Translations under genes and position numbers: made by a program
Assembly (NCBI GenBank): GCA_034780895.1
Contig: JAUZTB010000069.1
Span: 11,992,669 to 12,056,668, forward strand
Direction of reading: 5' to 3'
Source: Rhynchobatus australiae
Lineage: Eukaryota
Length of the DNA stretch: 64,000 nt
Notes under the pieces: model-generated
What the model saw: the letters and a program-made list of their open reading frames with translations, nothing else
What the model was told of the DNA's origin: nothing
Databases searched by the model: none
Shown here: piece after piece, positions 24,900-38,063 of the stretch
Layout of the letters: every line of letters starts with the position of its first letter
Position numbering within the stretch: the first letter of the stretch is position 1

Positions 24900-26581
24900 A
24901 ATAGGTCTCATACCCTCAAATCTGCTTTGTCATTTAATGTGATCATGGTTCATCTGACAGTAAGCTCAATTTCATACGTCTACCCACCAGCAGTAACCTT
25001 TCACCACTTTGTTCATCAGGTATCCATGGACATCTACTTTAAAAATATTTTAGAATGCTGCTTCCTCTACCCTTTGAGGAATAGAGTTCCAAAGATCTAT
25101 ATCCTTGAGAGAGGAGAAAAAAAACACCTCATCTCTGTCTTAAGTGGTAAAGCACTTATTTTTAAACAGCAACTCCCAGCTCTGGATTCTCCCACAAGAG
25201 GAAGTATCCTCTCCAAATTTACTCTGTCAAGAAACTTCATGATCTTATATGTTTTGAACAAGTTCCCTCTCACTCTTTTCAACTCCAGTAAATACAGACT
25301 CAACCTGTCCATCTGTTCCTCACTGAACAACCCATCCAGTCCAGGTATAACACCAAGAATATACCTATTTGTAACATGTCATCTTATTCTGCTCTGAACT
25401 GCTTCCAATGCATTTGCGTCCTTCTTTAAATAAGGAGAAAATAAGGAAACCAATACCGTGTAGAGTACTCTAGAAATAGTCATACCCCCTATGACTGAAA
25501 CAATAAACACCTTACTTTTTAATTCAATTCCTCTCATAATAGACAATAAGGTTCTGCAAGCTCTCCTAATTAACTGTAGTATCTGCTTACTAATGCCTTT
25601 TGTGAATCATGCACCATCTCTGTGCATATCAGAGTTCTGCAATCTCTCATCATTTGGATATTGTTTCTTTTTTTTCTCTGCCAAAATAGAAAACTTCACA
25701 ATTTTCAATGTTATACTCATTTGCCTGATCTTTGTCCATTCAATCAGCCTCTCCATCTCTCTCTGTAGTCTTCTTACATCCTCTTTATAATTTGCTTCTG
25801 TACTTACCCTTGTGGCATGAACAAATTTAGAACTCTATCTTCGGTACTTTCATCCAAGTCATTTATATACACTGTAAAGAATTGAGGCCCCAGCACCAAC
25901 AACTCATAATACCTTGCCATTCAGAGAAAAAAATACATGTGTGCCCATCTTGTGTTTCCTATTAGCCAGCTATTCTTATATCTGTGCCAAGGTGATACTT
26001 CCTCCACCATGAGTTTTTTACTACAATAACTTTTAATGTGGCAACACATACACCTTCTGGAAACCTTAAAAGATGAACTGTTCCTGTTGATCCATTTACT
26101 TCTTCAAAGAACTCCTATAAATAGGGCTCAAATGTGGTTCCTTTTCATAAGACCCTGTTAACTTTGACTGATTACCTTGATTTCTTTTCCTGTGTGCCCT
26201 TTTAGAACATCTGCAAATATAGCTTCCAACATTTACCCAATGACAGATATTAAGCTAACTGCCCTGTATTCAACCTGCTCTCTGCCTACTTCCTTTTTTC
26301 AAAAGCAAAAATGGAATTATACCTGCTACTTTGTAATCTAATGGAAAACTTCCCTGAATCAAGGGAACTTTAAAATTAAGAGTATTTTAAAATTAAAACC
26401 ACCCTATCAGCTCATGAAGTGATAGGGATCATGTGTGGGCAGAAGACATTTAGTTTAATTTGGCATCATGTTCAACATGGACATCATGGACTGCAGTGCC
26501 TGTTCCTGTGCTGTACTGTACTATGTTTTATCTCACTTCCCACTTCTTTTAAGACCCATGGATGAAATCCATCAGGGCCTG
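24900..26581 (-). mobile_element. CR1 LINE ORF2/3'UTR fragment with an opposite-strand LINE/SINE tail inserted at about 26420-26530
   Basis: ORF 25097-25330 (-) reads MDRLSLYLLELKRVRGNLFKTYKIMKFLDRVNLERILPLVGESR; GPDGFHPWVLKEV at about 26540-26580 (-). The + strand tail is gcctgttcctgtgctgtactgtactatg. Confidence 0.85.
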
Positions 26582-27479
26582 NNNNNNNNNNNNNNNNNNN
26601 NNNNNNNNAATGCTCTACAGTGCCATACCATTCTAGATGTGTGTCCAGATCTGAACACAGTACACCACGGCCTAACATTTGTAACATTTTTATATAAATG
26701 TTAGTATTGGACATATAAAAAGCCCACTGGATCGATTTGAAGCTATGAACTCAATTAAAATAAAAATTGAGCAACAAAGCAATATTTAATAAACTATGGT
26801 GCAGAGGCTTAATTTATCATGAATTACAATACACTCATAATTTTAACAATTTGAGTACTTAACTCAGAACACCCAGTGCACAATTTGGGCATCATCAGCC
26901 AAATCAGTTTGTACTGTTTACAACAAATGCTCTTGTACATCTACTACTTTGACTCTTCTGACTTTGTGCAAGTGTCATCTCAATATAGAGACTGAATGGG
27001 AATGTAACTACCTCCAAGTTCTCATACACATCACATGATTTCTTGACAGTATATTGCCATTCTTTGATAATTGCTGGTCTATATTCAGGAACTCTGGTGA
27101 CAGGGCGAGTTGTGAGGGAGTGGAAGTGAAGTAGGGTACATTACCTGCTCCGGTGACAAGTGATTTTGGCAGGTATTGCTGTTTAACAATGCCTCCAGTC
27201 TTTCTCCAGTAACAACTGATAACTACCATACGTAACCACTAATGTAATAAGAAAGGACCAAAGAAGCACTTCATTCATCCAATGTGTAATGGATGTCTAA
27301 GTATACAAATATGGCAGAACACAGCAAATACATTCAAAACAGCAATTTTTTTTTTACAGAAACCAAAAGGAAGAAAATGACGACAGCAGCATTTAAGAAG
27401 CAAACACCATGTAAATAGCATATTGATCAGAAACTTAATAGCACTAGGTACATACATTCTTTCATTATACGAGCAAATG

Positions 27480-28030
27480 CCTCACTTCCTGATTCCCGAA
27501 AGCCTTTCAGTCACTCACTAGACTCAAGTCAGCATGCAATAGAATGCTCTGCATTCACTTAACTCAGTTCAAGTACAACTTTTAACAACATTCAAGCAGG
27601 TCAGCACCATACAGGACATGGCAATTTACTTGAATTGCACATAACCCCACCACTCTTCACATTCATTCACAGGAAAGGAAACACACTGTGGCTGCCATAC
27701 GTACCACCTATAAGTGCACTGGTGCAACTCACTTGGTTTTTTTTCAACAGTAACCCCAAAACTTGCAAGCATTATCATCTATAAGAACAAGTGCAGCTGT
27801 CACGAGGAAACTTGAGCAACTGCACCCTTCCTAAGTTTTTCAGCAGCTGGAAATATATTGGCATTTCTTCATCATCATCAAGCCAAAATCCTGGAAACCA
27901 CATCCAATAGCTCTGTTGAAATACTATTACCAGACTGGTTATAATGTTTTGCTGCTACTTTCGAGCACAAGCAGGTATGGGCAATAAATGCTGGCCTTGC
28001 CACCAACATTCACACCCCACAATAATAAAT
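27480..28030 (+). mobile_element. Ancient LINE 3' end (L2-like clade, tentative)
   Basis: Ends in atgggcaataaatgctggccttgccaccaacattcacacccc..aataaat. Same family as 470-750 and, inverted, 40620-41340 and 55430-55640. Confidence 0.65.
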
Positions 28031-28984
28031 AAATGGGAAAGAGTTGAATATACCTTTAAAGTCTAATTTCAAACATGGTAATGTCCATATTTTAGTCATA
28101 CAAACATGCCCACTTATGACAACTCATCTCTTTTATGAATCAGAAAATGTTGCAGTGATCTTAAAGGAAGATGCACAAGAGTATCTACACTATAGCATGC
28201 CTTGCACAAAATATGTTCATTTAAAACAGTTTGCAAGAGGATTAGAATTTACTCTGTAGAACTGAGTTTTGACAGGATCACATGTGTACAATCAATTGTG
28301 GTTATGAAAAACAGATCTCTGCAGTGACCCTGTCAACATTTTGCTCTTACCGGACATTTCCTACAGCCCTGTTCTGCAATTCATAGCTTTTATGTTCTTT
28401 TACCTATGTGTTATCACTCACTGCCATCATTACTCTATCAACCAGCTGACTTCCTCGAAAGCTATGTCCATGGCANNNNNNNNNNNNNNNNNNNNNNNNN
28501 NNNNNNNNNNNNNNNNNNNNNNNNNNNNNNNNNNNNNNNNNNNNNNNNNNNNNNNNNNNNNNNNNNNNNNNNNNNTTACCTATGTTTTCTCACTCACTGC
28601 CATCATTAATCTATCAACCAGCTGACTTCATCGAAAGCTATGTCCATGGCAACCCTGGCCTCAGCCCTCACAGATGTTCTCTTCATCCTATCCATTCCTC
28701 CACATCCACTCTGCAACTTAAAACTAAATTGTTTTCATTTTCCCAGTTTTGACAGGCTTTACCCTGAAACGTTAACTCTGTTTCTCTTTCTACAGACACT
28801 GTCCAGTCTGCTGAGTCTTTCTGGTATTTTGTGTTTTGATTTCAATTTTCCAGCATTTGCAGTTTTTTTGATTTTATTCAACCATATCTAGTTGGCATTT
28901 GCCAAATATTCACATTGGAAAAACTGGAATTTATCCTTTCAAACTGCAATGTGTCGCAGACCTTGGCACATGTGCTGACAGATG

Positions 28985-29830
28985 ATAGAGTCATATAGCA
29001 CCAAAATGGGCTCTTCGGCCCAACTTATCCATGCAGACCATGGTGCCTATCTACGCTAATCTCATTTGTCTGCATCAGGCACATTTCCCTCTGTGCCATT
29101 CCTATCGAAGTATCTGTCCAAATGCCTTTTAAATATTCTAATGTATCTGTCTTCACCAACTCTTCTGGCGGCTCATCCCAGATATTCATTAGCCTCTGTA
29201 TGAAAAATGTACCCCTCAGATNNNNNNNNNNNNNNNNNNNNNNNNNNNNNNNNNNNNNNNNNNNNNNNNNNNNNNNNNNNNNNNNNNNNNNNNNNNNNNN
29301 NNNNNNNNNNNNNNNNNNNNNCAGATCTCCTTTAAATTCCTCCTCTTTTGCCTTAAAACTATGCCCTTTGATTAGCTATCCAATCTATGCCATTCATAAT
29401 TTGATAAACTTCTAGATAATTACCTGTCAGCCATGTTCCAGCGAGAATAAACCCAGCCTATCCAATCTCTCGGTATAACTACAGGCCCTCCATTCCAGGC
29501 AACATCCTGGTAAATCTCTTCTGTGCTCTGTCTGTTGCTACCACATCCTTCACGTTATGCGATGACCAGAACCGTACACATATTTGTAGAGTGGTCTAAC
29601 AAACATTTTATCAAACTGCAACAGAATGACTCAACCCTCATACTCAATTCGTCAGCCTATAAAGGTAAGCACACCAAATGCTTTTTTCACTAACCTATCC
29701 ACCCATGTCTCCACTTTCAGGGAGCTATAGGCTTGGACCATAAAGTCTCTCTGTACATCAACACTTCTAAGATCTTTGCCATTTACTCTATATGCCCTAC
29801 CAGAATTTGATTCCTACAGTCCATTACCTC
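28985..29830 (-). mobile_element. CR1/HER1-type LINE 3' fragment
   Basis: Starts with the inverted tail atagagtcatatagcac..cttcggcccaacttatccatgc, followed by ORF2 C-terminal motifs (ccagcctatccaatctctc, ccaggcaacatcctggtaaatc). Confidence 0.85.
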
Positions 29831-32800
29831 CCACATTTGTCAAGAGAATCAAAAGGCTGACACTGTCCATTCACTCTGTCAATAAGGTCCAAACATACAC
29901 CTAGTATAGGATCCAAGACCCCATTGATTTCAATAAGGTTTGTAGGGCTAAGGATCAGCAGGCAAAGGAAAAGGCTAGATACTCATTTTTAAAATTATTT
30001 AGTTTCATTTATACTTCCTAGATGATTATGTATTTAAATGTGCTTTCGGTTAACCTTAATGTTTTTTGATTATTTGCTTCAATTTTGATCGTCTTTAAAT
30101 GTCTCTGAACATCAGTGACTAAAGAATCAAAATGCAAATTACAGCTTTGCCCCTGCTTTGCCAGTTGTCAGGTAAAATTCATGGGGCAGGTTCAATTCTC
30201 TCCACCACCCAAGGTCCTGTCAGCAGTGATAACATGCTACTGAGCTCCAGGAGACAGAGGACCAGTTAGAATGGCCCTACATATCCAGATAAGCCATGTG
30301 CAGGCATAGGGATTTATGAATGGCAATTCCAAGCTGGAGCATCAGGCCATTAAGACATGCCCTGAAATAATTTCAATGTTGTGATTTCTAGTTACGTCCT
30401 TCTTCAGTTATGAAAAGGCTATTGTATACTTCCCCCATTTAGCTGGAAGTGTAACATTAAGCATGGACCTTTAATAGTTAAAGGAAAAATTCTTACGCTG
30501 TTAGTGAACTATANNNNNNNNNNNNNNNNNNNNNNNNNNNNNNNNNNNNNNNNNNNNNNNNNNNNNNTTAACCAAGCTATCCCAAAATAACAGATGTTTG
30601 TGTAAAATCATCTGAACCATCCACATTTGTAAAATATATTATCATCGTATTACCCATCTGAACTGGTTGGTTCCATTTTCTATGATGCCCAACTGAAAAT
30701 AACTTAAGAACACCCACTTGAACAGAGACAAATCAAACTGGATGGACATTTATTGGAGTTTCAATGTGGAAGGAGTTCAGGGGTAGATCTGCCAGCAAAA
30801 GCTCTTCCTTTTTATCAGCAGAGGTGTCCAATATCAAGGGCAGCAGCTGGGATCATAGAATGTTGTACAGACAGGTTGGGGATGAAAATTATCTGAGTGT
30901 ACTTCAGAACTGGGTTGTCACATATGCTGGCTACTGACCTTCAGTGTTCCTATGTTGTGTAGCACAGGTAGCCAAGAGAGAGGAGTGGATTGCATGGTTT
31001 AAGACAAGAGCTGCATGGTTTCATTGATTTGGACATCAATCAGCTTCATGTGAAGTGACCATGCTGGGGTGCAGGATTCTACCTCTGAAAAGCAGAGAGC
31101 AATAGCGGATGACCAAAGCACATGGCCATTTGCTCCCAACATGATTCCAGCCACGCAGTTCCCCAAAATGATCATTTGGTTATTGCCTAGCGTGTAACTA
31201 AAAGCAAAAGTTAAATCTCCAATCTGCAGTGCTTAGCATTTCTCAGCCAAAGGAGCAGTCAGAGTGCAAAAACCAGCCTCGGCATCTAGCTGGAGAAGAG
31301 GCTGGAATTAGCTTGGGCTCTCATTCCTGATACCTGTCCAATATTCCTTAATGGAAAATGTGCAAATGATAATATTTCTGGGTGAAGACAGGATCTGATG
31401 CAAGTAGTGTTCTAACAAAGCAAGATAGCATTAATTTTCTTGGACTCTCACATGAATGATGAGTAATTAAGAAAGTTATCAAAGGATATGCAAGAGCCAC
31501 AGGACAGTAGTCCTGCATAAGCAAAAAGTTTCTTTTAATAACACANNNNNNNNNNNNNNNNNNNNNNNNNNNNNNNNNNNNNNNNNNNNNNNNNNNNNNN
31601 NNNNNNNNNNNNNNNNNNNNNNNNNNNNNNNNNNNNNNNNNNNNNAGTTTCTTTTAATAACACAGAAGTGATTACTCAATAGATTGTTTTTGTTAGCACC
31701 ATAGTGCAAAGTTATATAAAAATCTGATCACTTTCTTGATTTACTTAAACTTGTGTCTTATTCTTTTCAAACCTGCTGATCTCCCAATACATATGTTCTA
31801 AGCAAAAACAATGCTTACAAAAAACAAAGACACAATACATTTATCAACTTATGTAATTGCATTGTGCAAGTTTCCAAAGACAGCCATTCATAAAAAGACC
31901 AGAATATTTTAGGTTTTTTTGTGGCATTGAGCGTCATTACATAAAGTTTATGAAAAGTTGGTCTCTCTCAGTTCCTAAATCTGTTTATGCCAAGGCATCT
32001 TTTCAACGGCTGCTATCACTACCAACACAACAAATTCAAGTCCTCTGCTAACTTGAAACAAACTGCTCAAAACCAAATGTTGGAAATATGAAATAAAAAC
32101 AGAAAATTCTGGAAATACTCAGCAAGTCAGGCAGCATCTGTGGTAAAAGAGTTAACATTTTGTGAACTTTCATCAGAACTTGGAAAAGATATCAAACAAG
32201 CATGGGAGAACAAAGGGGGTGTCTGACCAAAAATAGAAAACACTTAAATAATAGAATGCAAATGAAATGTTTAAGCAGTGGTCACTGTCAGAAATTACAT
32301 GGTATGGATTCTACATGGGCTCCATACAAAGTCTTGAATATCCTGTTTAAAAAATAATTCCATTCNNNNNNNNNNNNNNNNNNNNNNNNNNNNNTTACTG
32401 TATGATGAGGTGCATATCATTAGGAATGTACACAAAGAACTACAGTTTTTCTTCCCCTCCCTGTGAGAGAAGCTGAACTCAAATGCAGCAGCTCATTGTT
32501 GTCCAAGTCACAATTCGTTAATTCAGCACAGACCAGGTTCAAATATGGGACCTTTTGGCTAAGTGAGAAATGCCTTTTCCCACTCAGCTTTTGGAGGTGC
32601 TGATTAATTCCTTCTGCCTTGAGAGAAGTCCACGCACAGTCTAATGGATGGAGGTGGAAATTAGTTATATATTCAGTTTATAATGACAGCTTCAAAACCA
32701 AAGTGAGTACAACATTTGCAATAACAATAACTTGTTTTAGTATAGTGCTATTGGCACAATAAAAACATCCAAAAATGTTTCACTGGAGGACATGCAGAGA

Positions 32801-33049
32801 AAAATAATGTAAAGATAAAAAGGATGTGTTTTTATTTTACACATTGATGGAAAAAGTCAATCAGAACTTTAAAAGGTGAATTGCATGGGCACTTAATTGC
32901 ACAAGAAAAATAATTTGCAGGATAATGGGGAAAGAATCAGGTACTGTGACTGACTGGATTGCTCTGCAAAGAGATGATACTGTTAGTGACACAAATAGCT
33001 TCTTTCTTTGCAGGGATGATTCTATAATTCTAACCAATTAACAAATACA

Positions 33050-34105
33050 CTAAATCCTTGATATTTATACCCCAATGACTCCTGTGGCATCCACCAACCA
33101 GCAGCAATGCCAAAAGCATATTTCCCATGCTATTCCTGATCTCCACTCTTGGCGAGATCCTATCTTGCCATCCTCCTTCACATTCTACTCACTCATGATA
33201 GATCTGATGCTTTGGACTATTAATCACCAGCCCTCTTTTGTTCAGAAGATACTTTTACTTGTGAATGAGGCCCACTGCCCAATGACCATACTATTCTTGT
33301 GAACATACTAATATCTCTGCCAGAATGGAAATGCAACTTTCCACTTAACAAAGTTACTCTCCTAACAATACTTTCTACCATTTACTCCACTCAAACTGAC
33401 ATGACTGTGTTGGCCCATTGGCAGATCAAGCCTTGGCCAGACTCACCATTTCTTTGGCAACTTTTCTTTTCACATTTTGCCTAAGTGTGGCACCCAGAAA
33501 CTGATAAGAGTATTGCTGTGATTAAACCGTTGTTTTAGAAAGGTTCATTATGACTTCCTTGTTTCTTGTACTCTATGCCAGGATCCAATAAACTTTTAAC
33601 TAGGTACCATATCCCCAAATCTCTTGGTTCTTGGGCCCCTTTCATAATTGTGCCCCCAGTTCATATTGTCTCTTTAATACTTCCTACCAAAGTTTAAAAC
33701 TTAATACTTCTCAGCATTAAATTTTATCTGCCATATATCCATCCACCCCAAAGACCGGTCTATATATCCTTTAAGTTTACACTACACTCCTCACAGTTCA
33801 CTTGGAAATTGGGAAACTGCACCTTGTGCACTTAACACCAATTCAACAATATAGATTTTAAAAACTGTAGTGTTTACACAGATCTTATCAGAAACCACTA
33901 TACACTGTCTTCTAGTCCAAAAGAAGCCTTTCACTATTAGTATCCACTTCCTGCTACTTAGCCATTTTTAGGGCTGATACAGTCCCTTTTATTTCAATGG
34001 TCTTCAATCCTCTTAGTCATAGAGTTATACAGCTCGGAAATAGGCCCTCAGCCCAACTTATCCATGCACATCTATCTGAGCTTGTCCCATTTGCCTGCGT
34101 TTGTC
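33050..34105 (-). mobile_element. Decayed CR1 fragments plus a short HER1-type tail (about 34015-34105)
   Basis: Similar to 2850-3866 (aaggttcattatgacttcctt, attaaattttatctgcca). Tail gtcatagagttatacagc..ggccctcagcccaacttatccatgc. Confidence 0.6.
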
Positions 34106-34439
34106 ACCCTTCAGTCATTGTGTCTGTTGCTTTGGAACTTCAATGTCGTGTCCTCAGGTGCCCGTAATACAATTATGAAAAGTGCGCAGACATGGAATCT
34201 CCAGATCCATAAACCCATTTAAGATTTAAAAACACTTCAGATCACCTTCAAACTGAGAAACTTCAGTGAATTAGCAGATTGCAGAGCAATACCAAAGACT
34301 TTCAGAAAAGCAGTGTTCATATTATCAACTGAAGGTAATCCTCCTCCTTGCTCAAGAACTAAATTTCACGTGACTGCAGCATAAATTTAAACCCATTCTC
34401 AATTCAGAAATAAATAATTTTTCCATTTTAAACCTATAA

Positions 34440-34619
34440 GATATCTTTTATTAGTCACATGTACATCGAAACACACAGTGAAATGCATCTTTTGCGTAGA
34501 ATGCTCTGGGGGCAGCCCACAAGTGTCGCCACGCTTCTGGCACCAACATAGCATGCCCACAACTTCCTAACCTGTATGTCTTTGGAATGTGGGAGGAAAC
34601 TGGAGCACCTGGAGGAAAC
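34440..34619 (-). mobile_element. SINE with HE1-like body and Rex1-like 3' tail (5' part in N gap)
   Basis: Minus strand reads gtttcctccaggtgctccagtttcctcccacattccaaagacatacaggttagg, the same body as the SINE at 18824-18860, then atgcatttcactgtgtgtttcgatgtacatgtgactaataaa. Confidence 0.8.
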
Positions 34620-36337
34620 NNNNNNNNNNNNNNNNNNNNNNNNNNNNNNNNNNNNNNNNNNNNNNNNNNNNNNNNNNNNNNNNNNNNNNNNNNNNNNNNN
34701 NNNNNNNNNNNNNNNNNNNNNNNNNNNNNNNNNNNNNNNNNNNNNNNNNNNNNNNNNNNNNNNNNNNNNNNNNNNNNNNNNNNNNNNNNNNNNNNNNNNN
34801 NNNNNNNNNNNNNNNNNNNNNNNNNNNNNNNNNNNNNNNNNNNNNNNNNNNNNNNNNNNNNNNNNNNNNNNNNNNNNNNNNNNNNNNNNNNNNNNNNNNN
34901 NNNNNNNNNNNNNNNNNNNNNNNNNNNNNNNNNNNNNNNNNNNNNNNNNNNNNNNNNNNNNNNNNNNNNNNNNNNNNNNNNNNNNNNNNNNNNNNNNNNN
35001 NNNNNNNNNNNNNNNNNNNNNNNNNNNNNNNNNNNNNNNNNNNNNNNNNNNNNNNNNNNNNNNNNNNNNNNNNNNNNNNNNNNNNNNNNNNNNNNNNNNN
35101 NNNNNNNNNNNNNNNNNNNNNNNNNNNNNNNNNNNNNNNNNNNNNNNNNNNNNNNNNNNNNNNNNNNNNNNNNNNNNNNNNNNNNNNNNNNNNNNNNNNN
35201 NNNNNNNNNNNNNNNNNNNNNNNNNNNNNNNNNNNNNNNNNNNNNNNNNNNNNNNNNNNNNNNNNNNNNNNNNNNNNNNNNNNNNNNNNNNNNNNNNNNN
35301 NNNNNNNNNNNNNNNNNNNNNNNNNNNNNNNNNNNNNNNNNNNNNNNNNNNNNNNNNNNNNNNNNNNNNNNNNNNNNNNNNNNNNNNNNNNNNNNNNNNN
35401 NNNNNNNNNNNNNNNNNNNNNNNNNNNNNNNNNNNNNNNNNNNNNNNNNNNNNNNNNNNNNNNNNNNNNNNNNNNNNNNNNNNNNATAGGCATTGGACCA
35501 GGGACCTAGTCATGCCTACTCCCATCTTCTGGGCCCAAATCCAATTCTAAACCTGGCACTTCCATACTGATTGATATAGGTTTGTTACTGTGTAACATGT
35601 AGTGGATATTAGTCTGTCTTAGTACTGATATACAATAACGGTGGATACAGGCAATCAGGAGACTTCCACATTTTAACAGATTTTTGGATTTTAAGGTAAT
35701 CAAGGGAAATAACGCTAGGATAAAAAAAAAGGCATTAATGTAAATCGTTGCCATGGCTGACATCTGCTTCTTCTTATGGCCTCAGCAATAAGTACAGGCC
35801 TCTTGCTGGTACAATCTGTAATTTCAACAAGTTCTTTTCAAGAACTCACTCAGGCATGATGAGCTGCAAGATTCCTGGAATTACCCTGGCCTGAGTTTCT
35901 TTCCAGGTTTTACTCTTATCAGAGATAGGCTTATGCATGGAAACTTGATGGATTCCCAGCTAAATCTGTTGAGGATAGTGGTTTTTCCAACAGGTCAATG
36001 TCCAGGTTTCTAACGAGGGAAGGGGATTGTACGACTTCTGAAGGACTTAACTCATATGAATGGCCTGGAGTGTTGCCTTAGTTTGTCTTTGAATGTAAAA
36101 TCCTTTGACAGCAAAGGACTGGCAGCATGAGAAATGTAAAAAAAACATGATGGCACAGGAAGAATTATTCATTTGTGCTGGGACATAGTGTGAAAATTCA
36201 GTAAATTCTTCATTAAATTGGAACGATTTTATTTGGCATCTGATTGCTTCATCTTGAAATGATCTATGCTGAAAAAGCAAGTACAAAATGGAGCATTTCA
36301 CTCTCAAGCATCAATGAGCAAAAGATTCACAAACATT

Positions 36338-36402
36338 ATAGAACATAGAACATAGAAAAACTACGGCACAATTCAGGCCCTTCGGCCCACAAAGCTGTGC
36401 CG
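36338..36402 (-). mobile_element. Short young CR1/HER1-type 3' tail
   Basis: atagaacatagaacatagaa..ggcccttcggcccaca is the inverted (TTCTATG)n tail and stem motif. An equivalent + strand tail lies at 43058-43132. Confidence 0.75.
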
Positions 36403-38006
36403 CAAAGAAAAGCTGATTTATGAATACACTGCTGAAAATGGAAGAGTTTCAGTTTTGTTCTCTTCTATTAAAGCCAAGTCATAAAATTACCCATAATTGA
36501 ACAATTCATATAAAATTTTAACTAGTTTATAAATGATCTTTCTACAGAAATGATTCCCAAAACTGTATACAGCTGAATTAGTTGTTCAAAAACTGAAATC
36601 AATGGCAGCAACAACACAAATTGCCAGCAATTATAAAATCCTTGGTTTGTAATGCTTCATGTACCATTCATAANNNNNNNNNNNNNNNNNNNNNNNNNNN
36701 NNNNNNNNNNNNNNNNNNNNNNNNNNNNNNNNNNNNNNNNNNNNNNNNNNNNNNNNNNNNNNNNNNNNNNNNNNNNNNNNNNNNNNNNNNNNNNNNNNNN
36801 NNNNNNNNNNNNNNNNNNNNNNNNNNNNNNNNNNNNNNNNNNNNNNNNNNNNNNNNNNNNNNNGAAACCCAGGATCAGGATATGAAAAACCTTATGATAA
36901 ACTAGGGTCAAAATTTATTATGAATTTGCAATTGAACACACTGGGCTTCTAAATATCCTATAATACAACTTATGAATGTTGAATAACTTCCTCAGAAAAT
37001 ATTTTAGCAATTCATATCATCAGGCACCATTTCACTATACACTAAAGCTGAAGCAAAAAGGGTAACAGCAGCATATCAATTTACAGTGCTGCCCATCACT
37101 TAATTAACGGTGCCATACTGGCATCAATTTCATTGAGCAAAACAAAATTAAAATCCATTTCATCAATTACAAAAGGAGAAAAAAGGATCTCCCTAATGTT
37201 AGAGATGTCAGCAGCTTCTCTGAAAAAGGTGGAATTTTGAAACCTAACCATTGATGTCAATTTAATAGAATAAGCTATGCTCTCATAGTTTTAAAACTGC
37301 CATTCACAGTTTTCTTTGTTTTCTCTGTATTTTTCATTGAAGTGTTTTAAAATTATTGTCTCGAGCCTTCATTATGGTATTACAGGAATGTTAGAATTCC
37401 ATGAGATTTGACTGGTCAAATTTGAAATCATATTGTTATTTATTGATCATCTATTGCACTCAGTGGGAGGTTTATGTATTATGTAGGTAATTGTTTGCAG
37501 CTCAGATACCCCATCACAAGTAAAGAAATGGAAAAGAAGATCAATGGTAAACCCACATTCTTCCCACCTTGGATACAGGGGAATAAAACCTTATCATCAA
37601 AATCATTCTGATTGTTTAATTCTTCATCCAGTTAAGAGTCTGATTAAAATTCATTTTCACTGCAGAAGTAGTAGCAAGCATACTTTCACAGAACCATGTT
37701 TCCTGATACACACTTCCCCAGAGATGTTTCTTTTTGTACTCTGGGGTAAACACAAACATTTCCTATAGAACACTCCAACTACACATAAAGGCAAATGCAA
37801 CTTCCAGTTTGCATAGAATCTAGTTTAAATCTAATAAAAACAAAGGTTACATTTTCTAAAAGAGCAACTGACTTGTCTTTTCATTGATAACACCTTGTAA
37901 GGCGAATGTAGGACTAAAGATAATACAAAATGCATCTGAATGCTTTTACTGCAACTAAAGTTTTGTTTGCTCACATTGATATTATGGATTTAAAAAGAGC
38001 ACTCAC

Positions 38007-38063
38007 TTCTGTTCCTCCTCTTCTCTGGAGTTCTTTTTTGGCTGATACTTCTTTGAAAGATTC
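38007..38063 (-). CDS. FNBP1: FNBP1 coding exon 3 equivalent
   Basis: tttcag|G AAT CTT TCA AAG AAG TAT CAG CCA AAA AAG AAC TCC AGA GAA GAG GAG GAA CAG AA|gtgagt = (R)NLSKKYQPKKNSREEEEQ(K). 57 bp, phase 2 to 2, in frame with the previous exon. NLSKKYQPKKNS favours FNBP1 over FNBP1L/TRIP10. Confidence 0.95.

Noticed and set aside
34455-35550. Long ORFs of 200-356 aa here and at 16247-16930, 21491-22092 and 42366-43199
   Set aside because: They consist almost entirely of X from N gaps.
37716-37746. Small hairpin ccccagag..ctctgggg near exon 3
   Set aside because: Only 8-bp arms, expected by chance in 64 kb.
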